Source of the DNA: Heterodontus francisci
Taxonomy: Eukaryota
NCBI RefSeq assembly: GCF_036365525.1
Contig: NC_090380.1
Coordinates: 82,469,658-82,533,657 of the forward strand
DNA length: 64,000 bases
Reading direction: 5' to 3'
In this document: positions 51,301-60,553 of the stretch, in pieces
How positions within the stretch are numbered: the first letter of the stretch is position 1
Layout: every line of letters begins with the position of its first letter
Position numbers and translations under genes: made by a program
The notes under the pieces: generated by a model
Database searches by the model: none
Told to the model about the DNA's origin: nothing
What the model saw: the letters and a program-made list of their open reading frames with translations, nothing else

Positions 51301-54300
51301 CTTAGCTGCTGGCCCAGTCAGAGGGCCAGCAGCTCTTGGGGGTGGGCCACCATCCTCAATTGAATCATGGCCCCAGTGATGGCCTGTTACTTGGTCATTG
51401 CCGGCAAAATGTTGCCCCAGGTAAAGGCCTGCTACCCAATGGGACGTGTCAGTTTCGGGTCAGGTCGGGTTGCACGTCCGGGTCCAGCATTCAGGCTCGG
51501 GTCGGGCACGCTCTATCACAGGTAAGTGACTCCAATGTTAATTTAATTTTTGGACTAGAGAGGTGGTTTTGTTACAGTTATTTTTAGCTTGTGCAGATCA
51601 GCAACAAAGTGAAAAATGGAAGGTAAGTTAACTGATGGTCGGGTGGGGTCGGGTCAGGTGCGGGAAAAAATGGAAGGGCTCGGGTCGGGGTTTTTTTTGC
51701 AGACCTGAGCAGACCTTTAGCCCCAGGGTCCTGCCGCCCACTGGAGCAGGGTGTCTCCTGCTTTTGCCCCTGCGGCAGAACTTCAGCCTCCCCCGAAAAT
51801 TTCTGCCCTTGGTCGTGGGAACAGCCATTGCTACAAAGGGACCCCTTCATGGGCCATGGAGCACCCATTAAGAAGGGAGTCCCGCATGAACCAGCTGGGA
51901 GCCTGCCAGTATTTACCTGATGATCTCCCCACCTAGTGGCGGCCCCCCCCCACAATGGTGGGAGATGGCCCTCATTTGTCCATTAAGTGGTTCAATTGGC
52001 TATACCGCCAAGATACCCGCCACTGGCAATATGCCATGGCAGCAGGAAGATGTCGGGTACCCCTTCCAATGCCTACTTTAGCAGAATTGAGTGGATGCTG
52101 TCCCGGAATTAACCAAAATCCTTACAGGAGGTCCAAATCATTTTAGAAATCTGCTTTGGCTATTTATTTGATTGACATCTACTGATTGTGAATTCCCAGG
52201 TGAATGCACGTGAACAGTTATTGCAATTTAATCCAAAGATTGTTCACATCTCACTTCCAACCCTCCAAAAAAGCAGATTAACTTTGTGCCTGTGGTTGTT
52301 TTTTAACTCCAAAGTTTTAAGGATAATTTCTTAATTTTATCCATAATTAAATCAAATATGTTTAAATCTCTAAGGCCTAAAACTCCTTTTAGAAGAATCC
52401 AAGTATAGAAATACTTCAATCAAATTACCAATAGAAGCTGTTCACAACATTGTCCTAGGTGACAACTTCCAATCCAACCTCGAGTTGGTCTGTTTTTAAC
52501 TTTTTGTTTTAGAAAGTAAGGAGACAGATTTAAAGATGCTGAGACAGAGCCAGTGTCCATTCCAACCATAACCCTTGCCTGGTGTTGGTCCTCATCTTGA
52601 TACCTTCTTTATTAGACTGCATCAAGGAAATCAGCAATTTCAGTCATCGACCAACAGCAACACATGAAAGAGAGTGGAGTCCTGAGAAGCAAAAGGAATC
52701 AGGGGTATTCAGGCTAGGAGCAAACAGTAGTAATGGTGTTGGACTATGTCCTGGGACAAACCAGATAGCCTAGGAAATGCAACAAGGCCTTGGAAGAAAC
52801 AAGTGAAACAAGGGGGGGAGCCAGTCAGATCTTGTATCTGAGAATGCAGTGTGATGGCATTGGAGATTTTGATGAATGCCTGGGGAACTTAGTGCAACCT
52901 ATTGCAATTTTTTATTTCTGAAGTTGGCTTTTTAACACAGGTCTCAGAGTAAAACATAATGTAACGTTAATTAAACAGTTCCTAAATCTCACAAAGTAAC
53001 AGTTGAAGTAAGAGCAGAAAAAAATGACAGGCAGCATGAACAATGGAAATAAAAATTTTAATAGCATACTACAATTGATTTTCAGCGCCTCCAATCGTCC
53101 AGTTAAGAGCAGAGGCTCTACCTTACCCGAATGAAGGTATACAGCTAGTGTGCAATTCACTGGAGTTCTATCCTGGCAACATTCAAGTATCCTGGTTTGA
53201 AGATGGACAGCTAATCACCAATGGCACTGAGAATGGAAACCTCTATGCTAACAGTGACGGCTCATTCTCCATCACAAGTTTCCTGAATCTTTCTATATTG
53301 GACTGGAATGAAGGTGGAAATTATTCCTGTCAAGTGAACCATTCAACATTGTCTGTACCCATTACGCATCCTGTCAGTAACCTAGGTAAGAATTTGTTTT
53401 TATTTGTTCGTGGGATGTGTGCATTGCGAGAAAGACCTTATTTATTGCCCATTCCTAATTGCCCTCGAGAAGGTGGTGGTGACCCAACTCCTTGAACCAC
53501 AACTTTTCTATTAGGGCTTAATACAATTGAGTGTCTTGCTGGGCCATTTCAGAGGGCAGTTAAGAGCCAACCACATTGCTGTGTGTCTGGAGTCACATAT
53601 AGCCCAGGCAGGGTCAGGACAACAGATTTCCTTCCCTGAAGGACGTTAGTGAACCAGCTGTGTTTTTACAAAATCCAGTCATTTCACGATCATCATTACT
53701 GAGACTAGCTTTTTTATTCCAAAGTAATTAATTAAATTTAAATTTCCCCAGCTGTCACAGTGGGATTTGAACTTGTGTCCCTGGAGCATTAGCCCAGTTT
53801 CTGGATTACTAGTTCAGTAACATTATCACTAAGCTACCACCCCCTACAGAACGTAAGAGTGTGTTCTATAGTACAAATGTTTTTAAATATAATATCTTAT
53901 CAGTAAAATACATGATTGATTATTTGATGCTTTAGCTCCTGATTAGCGTCACTGCACAGCATAGTTTATCCTTTTCTTGGTGCTGAGCGAGAGAAATGAC
54001 TATGAAGACAATTGGAGAACTTCCTGTACTTCTTTGAATAGTGAGATCTTTAATGTTCACCTGAACAGGGGCTTTGGTTTAATGTCTCATCTAAAGATTG
54101 ATTTTGGCTCCCTCAGTGAAGTGTGAGCATAGATTGTGCACTCAGGTTCTGCCTGACTGAGGGTGCTACCAACTGAGCCAAGATGACATCAATAAAATCA
54201 ATTCCGTTGTAGCATTTCCGAAATACTCAAATATTTTCTATCCTGCAGGAAGGGAGTAAAACAGTTTTCTCAACAGTGCTCTCAAGGAAAGCAAAACAAT

Positions 54301-55882
54301 GCAACACTTATATTTGTAGTAATTCTTTATTGGTCATTATCTGTCCTTTAAGTTCTCCAAAGTTTCATCAGGGAAAACAATGCGAACTTTGCGTTCAAAA
54401 CTCAAATAAACTACAAGCAGAAGACAGCCATTCTCACAGATCCAAGTCTTGGCACCATGCTTTTATAATATTGAAGCTGAAGCTTTGAAACATTTCCAAA
54501 TCTCAATTATTTTCAACCATTGTATTCCTATACATATACTGCTGTGGAGAATGAATCTCACCCCAAAGATCCAAACCCAAATGCATACAGATTTTTTTCT
54601 ATTTTACACTACAAATCCAGTATTTACTACTTGTTTTTTCTTTCTTTCACTTCTTGCTTTCATTTCAACTTTTAATTTCTTTCCCTCAGTCGTTTCTATT
54701 TTGGTTCATTTCCTTATTCATTGTTTTTCTTTTCATTTTGTTTACCCAAGTTAGCTCGGCAGGTCTGCCTTTGCAATTTAAGTACTATCCTCCTACCACT
54801 AGGAGATGCTGACAGAAATTACAATGCGAGTGCAAGTACCCAACTTTGAGTGGCGATAAATGGGGCACCAACTGCTACAGATGTGAAAAGAATGGATTAA
54901 ATAGATATGTTTACACATCAGTGTATTTTTAGTTCAACCCAGATGAAAATTTGGAGAACTTAAATGACAGACAATGGCCAATAAAGAATTACTACAATTG
55001 TAAGTATTGCATTATTGAGTGAAGGAAATAAAAATCAATTATACCCATAATCTCTGCATTCAAATGTGTGTATTCTGGTAAAAAAAATTGGAGATGGAGA
55101 TCTCTATGGAACAATACTATTTCTATGTCTGTCTCTCGGTGGATAGTCATATGATGCCTTATCAATAACTCTTCACAGATAAAAGCAATGGCAAAAGTAT
55201 TAAATGGACAATAGTACTAAGAAGCATGACCCTTGCTGTGGCAACGCTACTTGTGATGGCAGCATTTGTTTTATATTTCAGACTTCAGGTAAGTATTCCC
55301 ACTTATTATCATTTTATGAAGCATGTGGTGTCTGCTGGGTCACTAAGTTTCTTCCATGACCAGTGGGCCACTGCATGAAATTTTAACTTACCCCATTTGT
55401 ACCATTTTATATTAACTTATTAAATTTTTGCTTTAGAGGAAACAACTCAGATTGCCAATTCCCTTCCCCAGATTTGTTTTGTGGTTTTTCTTCTTTCAGG
55501 GAGATATGTGTTTGTATTCCATTGGGATTAGGTTCTCCTAATCCCACAAATTCACCAACCTACTTAAAATAGGATGTCTGCTCTCCATATATCTGGTCTC
55601 CAGCAGTGTATTGAATAATCCCAGGTATGAAAAGCATCCCTATTCTCCCATCAGTCACCCATCGGCATGATAATTCATCATACTGAATAACGTCTTCAAA
55701 AGTGAACTAGATCAATAGGTCATCGTAAAAAGAGACAATCAAATGTCAAATACAAATCGGTCATCTTAGAATAATGTGTGTTACAACATTAGAGAGAGTT
55801 TTGGGGTTTGCCCTTCTTTGAGATTTTGAGGTGATTATTATTTCTTCAGGAGATTATAGAAACTAAAAGAAGCACACGATAA
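39264..55882 (+). CDS. Multi-exon non-rearranging Ig-superfamily receptor (leader-VJ-C1-TM-short tail); NKp30/CD28H-like V domain plus SIRP/tapasin/antigen-receptor-type C1 domain
   Basis: Four exons join in frame with GT-AG sites (intron phases 1,1,1,0) and give 280 aa without stops: signal peptide, V-set domain with J-like G strand, C1-set domain, TM helix. The last exon, and so the end coordinate, is uncertain. Confidence 0.85.
39531..39750. mobile_element. Penelope-like element end forming an inverted repeat, in the leader-V intron
   Basis: Arms of ~85-90 bp inverted about 39662; 14-bp TSD TGTAAGATGAATGT (39517-39530 and 39751-39764). Confidence 0.8.
39659..39697 (+). ncRNA. Minimal type I hammerhead ribozyme motif (Penelope-associated)
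   Basis: Stem I GAGTT/AACTC, core CTGATGA, stem II, GAAA, palindromic short stem III ATAT, cleavage-site U. Confidence 0.55.
40130..40435 (+). mobile_element. DeuSINE (SacSINE1/AmnSINE1-like)
   Basis: Deu core gtgccgtcgtttggatgagac...aaagatcccatagcact...gtgtcctggccaa. Confidence 0.65.
40813..41240 (+). mobile_element. L2 LINE 3' fragment
   Basis: FKILILVFKS motif, ctccttaaaacctacctcttt, tail gtgctatataaat; similar to 56935-57420. Confidence 0.7.
41346..44256 (-). pseudogene. CR1 ORF2 (endonuclease/reverse transcriptase), one frameshift near 43780 and an in-frame stop at 41643-41645
   Basis: ORF track pieces 43655-44275, 41643-43772 (709 aa) and 41346-41642 are collinear. Confidence 0.9.
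44257..45190 (-). pseudogene. CR1 ORF1 (esterase type), one frameshift near 44800-44850
   Basis: ORF track pieces 44807-45307 and 44257-44796. Confidence 0.85.
45575..46268. mobile_element. Harbinger-type MITE
   Basis: TIRs GGACTGGATTTT / AAAATCCAACTC; 3-bp TSD CTA. Confidence 0.7.
46660..47128 (-). mobile_element. RTE LINE 3' fragment, inserted in a DeuSINE
   Basis: LRWLGHVSCMEDGRIP...CSTCGRVCHSRIGLYSH; same family as 37312-38920. Confidence 0.85.
48040..48405 (+). CDS. Ig V-set exon with germline-joined J-like strand (VJ domain)
   Basis: Acceptor tttttgttccaAG ends at 48039; donor G|GTGAGT at 48406; 366 nt, phase 1/1. Canonical B-strand C, C-strand W, DSTIYIC, and GKGTRLTVE. Confidence 0.93.
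49404..50170. mobile_element. Harbinger-type MITE inserted in a minus-strand DeuSINE (~49065-50240)
   Basis: TIRs GGGCTGGATTTT / GAATCCAGCCC. Confidence 0.7.
50800..52125. mobile_element. Harbinger-type non-autonomous element(s)
   Basis: GGCTGAATTTT start, internal inverted similarity between the two ends, similarity to 1-205 and 10690-11100. Confidence 0.55.
53086..53385 (+). CDS. Ig C1-set exon
   Basis: Acceptor attttcAG ends at 53085; donor G|GTAAGA at 53386; 300 nt, phase 1/1. Motifs LVC...FYPGNIQVSW...NSDGSFS...YSCQVNH (C1 signature). Confidence 0.93.
53397..53843 (-). mobile_element. tRNA-derived SINE sharing both head and tail with the LINE at 526-10363
   Basis: The reverse complement matches 526-850 followed by ~10260-10363. 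Confidence 0.8.
55179..55288 (+). CDS. Stalk + transmembrane exon (DKSNGKSIKWTIVLRSMTLAVATLLVMAAFVLYFRLQ)
   Basis: Acceptor ctcttcacAG ends at 55178; donor CAG|GTAAGT at 55289; in frame with the C1 exon. Hydrophobic helix with an Arg near its N-terminal end. Confidence 0.85.
55850..55882 (+). CDS. Candidate terminal cytoplasmic exon (EIIETKRSTR*)
   Basis: Acceptor tatttcttcAG ends at 55849, phase 0, stop TAA at 55880-55882. Alternative exon starts exist at 55500 and 55860. Confidence 0.35.
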   Translation, partial: EIIETKRSTR

Positions 55883-56124
55883 TGTAAATTATACCCAATG
55901 AAACATCTTTGATTCCTGAATGGCCTTTTTCATTTTGTACTTTGTGTGGTATATATTCCTCCACTCACTAAAACTAGTAAAAAAGTCATGTGATGAAACT
56001 TACTCTATACTCAATAACCTTTTAAATAACAGCAGCAAACAGAGGAACGTATATCCCATTTGTTTATACATCTTGATTTCGAATCTTTGATTGTAGAGGA
56101 TGTTCAGAATTCCAAAGAAATAAA

Positions 56125-56545
56125 GAATAAACTTGCATTTATATAGCACCTTTCATGCCCTCAGATGTCTCGAAGCACTTTACAACCAATTGAGTACTTT
56201 TGAAGTCTAATCACTGTGCAATGTGGCAGCCAACTTTATCACAGCCAGGTCCCATAAGACAATGGCCAGCTAATCTGTTTTAGTGATGTTGGTTGAGGGA
56301 TAAATCTTAGCCAAGACGATGAGGAAAATCTCACTCCCTTCTTCGAATAATGAATCTTTTACGCCCACCTGAGAGAGCAGATGATGCCTTGCTTTAATGT
56401 CGAATCTGAAAGATGGCACCTCTAATAGTGCATCAGTACTACACTTAAGTGTTCGCCTAGACTACATGCTCAGGTTTCTAGAAAGGGGACTGAATCTTTG
56501 AACTTCAGATTCAGAGGTGAGAGTGCTACCACTGGCCCAAGGCAA
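56125..56545 (-). mobile_element. DeuSINE
   Basis: Reverse-complement similarity to 40130-40435; tRNA-like head. Confidence 0.65.
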
Positions 56546-56934
56546 ACACTTAATAAACAACACAGGGATAACGACAAATCCATTTTCTCAATTCCTACCT
56601 GTTCTGGTACAAGTTTTCCTACTATTTTAATTACTGTCCCAGTGATCTGCTCTAAAATAGACACTTACTGTAAAATAAAAGGATGACTTTTCACAAAGTG
56701 GGCCATAATTTGCTGTAGTAGGGAAGCTGACAGCATCTGCCATTAGTTAGATTTGCCCTTGCACACTCAGATACTTTTATTTTTTGCATGGCAAGTTGCT
56801 GAAAGTACGAGGGATATCAGGCACCTGGGACCAGAGTGACAGGAAAACCAACTGTGTGTCTCCTTAACCAATCAGACTGAAGGATTGTGAAATTAACAGT
56901 GCAAAGACAGAGAAGGAAGTGTGCATTGGAGTGG

Positions 56935-57420
56935 TTGAATACTCTACTGCCTATGTCATTACTCGCACCAAGTCTCATTCACCCATCGTTTCTGTGCTCA
57001 TTGACCTACATTGGCTCCCAGTTAAGCAATGGTTCAGTTTTAAAATTCTCATCCTTGTTTTCAAATCCCTCCATTTCTGCATCCCTCTCTATCTCTATAG
57101 TTTTCTCCAGCTTCACAACTCTCTGAGGAATCTGCACTCATCCAATTCTGGCCTCTTGAGCATCCCCGATTTTAATTGCTCCACCATTGGTGGCCATGTC
57201 TTCAGTTGCCAAGGCCCTAAGCTCTGGAATTCCCTCCCTAATCCTCTCCATCTCTGTACTTCTCCTTTTAGACACTCCATAAAACCTACCTCTTTGTCCA
57301 AACATTTGGCCATCTACCCTAATGTTTCTTTATGTTACTTAGTGTCAAATTTTAAAACTCCTGTGGAGCACCTTGGGGCATTTCATTACATTAAAGGTCC
57401 TATATAAATACAAGTTGTTA
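56935..57420 (+). mobile_element. L2 LINE 3' fragment
   Basis: SPIVSVLIDLHWLPVKQWFSFKILILVFKSL...GPKLWNSLP. Confidence 0.8.
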
Positions 57421-57959
57421 TTGAATTCAATGTCAAAACAGTTACAGAGAGACAAATAAAGAGAAGGAAAGAAAGATTGGATTAAGACGAGAAAAATAAG
57501 AGAAAGGAAAAGTTAAACAAATTTAAATTTAATATTTTACATTTTTTACACTTCCAGCAATTAAAACCTGAAGCAGTGAGACTCCAGACTTGTAATCGTA
57601 AATTTTCAGTACCAGAAATGTTGATTGGCAATAATTAACAATTCTTACATTGCTAAAAGGGTATTTAGACTTGAAATGACAAGACATAATTTTCAGCAGT
57701 GAGTTTAGTTTGTATCTTCTGCGTTATTACCACAACGTCACACTGTTCATTGCATTTGAGGCGTTATCTATTTCGCTGTGGAGTAGTCCCAAAATCTCTG
57801 AGGCTCCTCTGTTGTCAGTCATGTAGGTAAAGGTATTAAAGGAGATGCAAGTAGATGGAGGCAGACTATTTATTTAATCTCCCTGATAGAGGACAGTTAG
57901 AGATCTCCAGGAGTGAGAATTAAAGTCTATTGCAGGACGTCAGAGTTGGAGCATGGAGG

Positions 57960-58275
57960 ATCTGACCACACTAGAACTAGGGACACAGTTTCAAATGAAG
58001 GGGTCTCTCATTTAAGACAGAGATGAGGAGGAATTTTTTCTCTCAAAGGGTCGTTAGTGTTTGGAATTCTCTTCCCCAGCAAGCTGTGACGGCTGAGTCA
58101 TTGAATATATTCAAGGCTGAGTTAGACAGATTTTTGATTGACAAGGGAATCAAGGGTTAAGGGGGACATGCAGGAAAGTGGAGTTAAGGCCACAATCAGA
58201 TCAGCCATGATCTAATTGAATGGCGGAGCAGGCTCAAGGGGCCGAATGGCCTACTCCTGCTCCTATTTCTTTTGT
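57960..58275 (+). mobile_element. CR1 3' fragment
   Basis: RNFFSQRVVSVWNSLP and a CR1 tail ggccgaatggcctactcctgctcc. Confidence 0.75.
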
Positions 58276-58423
58276 TCATTATTGGAACCAGGAACATAAG
58301 TACATCAAGGGGTGGGGGGGGGGGGGGAACAGGGAAAGGAGAGGCATAAGAGATGGGGAGTGAAGAGCGGTGACAAAAAGGAGAAGGGAAAGATGATGGG
58401 GAAAGGGGAAAAGGGCAAGAGGA

Positions 58424-58840
58424 TTTTTTTTATTCTTTCATGGGATGTGGGCATCACTGGCACGACCAACATTTGTTGCCCATCCCTTATTGCACTTCAC
58501 AACTGATTGGCTTGCTAGGCCATTTCAGAGGGCATTTAAGAGTCAACCACATTGCTGTGGGTCTGAAGTCACATGTAGGCCAAACCAGGTAAGGATGGCA
58601 GATTTCCTTCCCTAAAGGATTTTAGTGAACCAGATGGGTTTTTACAACAATTGATGATAGTTTCATGGCACCATTACAGAGTCTAGCCTCCAATTCCATA
58701 TTTTTTTTTATTAATTGAATTTATCAACTGAATTTTAAACTCCACCAGTTACCATGGTGGGATTTGAACCCGTGTCCCCAGGGCATTAGCCTGGGCCACT
58801 GGATTACTAGTTCAGTGACATTACCTCTACATGACCTTCT
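58424..58840 (-). mobile_element. tRNA-derived SINE, same family as 53397-53843
   Basis: The reverse complement matches the head 526-850 joined to the LINE tail. Confidence 0.8.
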
Positions 58841-59097
58841 CTCTGGGTGTGGGATAGAAGTTGGAGTAAACAAATGAGAGTCAAAAGAAAGATGGAACTC
58901 AAAAATGCATTGAATAAATAAGTGGGTTTCATGAATTTAAAGTGGTACTAAACAGAATGAGAGGGAGCAGTACCAAATAAATTACTTAGAGTTGGCAATG
59001 GCACGGAAAATTAATTAAATAAATTTGGGAAATCTTGAAAAACATAATTAAATAAAGAGGTGGGGGTTAATGAATTAGAAGGTGTTTTACATACCAG

Positions 59098-59853
59098 GGG
59101 CCGGATTTTATTCCCGTCGGCGGGCGCAAAAAATGGCTGCCACGCCACCGCGATCCTGAGGGCGGCCACTCATTTAAATATGCAGGGCGGTTGCCCCGCC
59201 CCCAATCACATGGTGAGGGTGGTCTCAGGGCCACCGCAAATGGTGTCAGCTGTCTTTACGCAGGTGCTGGTGCCATTTTTAAAGGGCTGCCAGCCCTGCT
59301 CAGAGAATGCAGAGTTGAACTCGTACTCCCCCCACTACACCGAAAATAAATGTTTGGCCCGTCCCCCACCCTCAATACACTAGAATTGAAGAGTTGGCCT
59401 CTCTCCCCCCTCCCCCCACAACTGCACAAAGTGCAGAGGTCACCCCTTTCCCCCTCGCCCACACTAAAAGTGCAGACTTGACCCCATCCCCTACCACTAC
59501 ACTAAAAATACTCTGATTCCCCCCCTTCCCCAGCTCGGTGGTGCCAGCTTTCCTGGGCTGGAAAGTGAAGACACGAGTGCCGCCCATTGGACTGAAGATC
59601 CGGATCCAATGGTAAGATCGCGGGGAACTGGATTTAAATGTATGCATAAAATTAATTTTAATATTTAAAGTCATGTCCCATCGCCGAGCAGCAAGGGGGT
59701 GGGGGAGGGCAGTCTGCAATGGAACCTTGCCACTGCCGGGAAGATTGGGCCCGGCAATCCCAACACTGGCCTCCTTGGTGGGCTGCTGCCACTGTAATAT
59801 TCCAGCCCCTCCACCACAGATCCCAATGTTGGGAGCGCAACAAAATTCAGCCC
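59098..59853. mobile_element. Harbinger-type MITE
   Basis: TIRs GGGCCGGATTTT / AAAATTCAGCCC; 3-bp TSD CAG. Confidence 0.75.
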
Positions 59854-60249
59854 CAGGAAAATTAATTAAATAAAGTGCAGAGCTTCCATCAGGGAAATTA
59901 AGTAATTAAGCAGTGGGTCTCCACCTCCTTTAATACCTTTACCAACATGGCTGACACCACTGGTGCCTCAGAATCTTAGCTTGATCCACAGAGAAACCCA
60001 GTGTCTGTTGCCGGTAACTGAAATCAGCATAAAATAGCAGCCATTATCACCCAACTTTAACATTGAAACCATCCATCATAATGCCAGTTGTAACAGGTAC
60101 TGAGGTACACGTGGACACAGAGGTTGGCTGATACAGAAGTTTTCAATTCATTTTGAAACTGAATGTTGCAATTCCCCAACCAGAAATTCTAATATTTAAA
60201 ATGGCATAATTTATCAATGATTCTTTAATACATATATCTAATATGATTA

Positions 60250-60553
60250 AGCTCCAGCGACCCGGGTTCAGTTCTGGGTACTGCCTGTGTGGAGTTTGCA
60301 AGTTCTCCCTGTGTCTGCGTGGGTTTCCTCCGGGTGCTCCGGTTTCCTCCCACATGCCAAAGACTTGCAGGTTGATAGGTAAATTGGTCATTATAAATTG
60401 CCCCTAGTGTAGGTGGTAGGGAAAATATAGGGACAGGTGGGGATGTGGTAGGGAATATGGAATTAATGTAGGATTAGTATAAATGGGTGGTTGATGGTCG
60501 GCACAGACTCGGTGGGCCGAAGGGCCTGTTTCAGTGCTGTATCTATGACTCTA
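60250..60553 (+). mobile_element. HE1-type SINE, 5' truncated
   Basis: Reverse complement of the other HE1 copies. Confidence 0.85.

Noticed and set aside
39264-55288. Calling the gene NCR3, TMIGD2, SIRPA, tapasin or an Ig light chain
   Set aside because: Its features are mixed: NKp30-like TM, CD28-like loop, a single C1, a TM (unlike light chains) and no evident KKxx ER-retention tail. Orthology cannot be assigned without a phylogeny.
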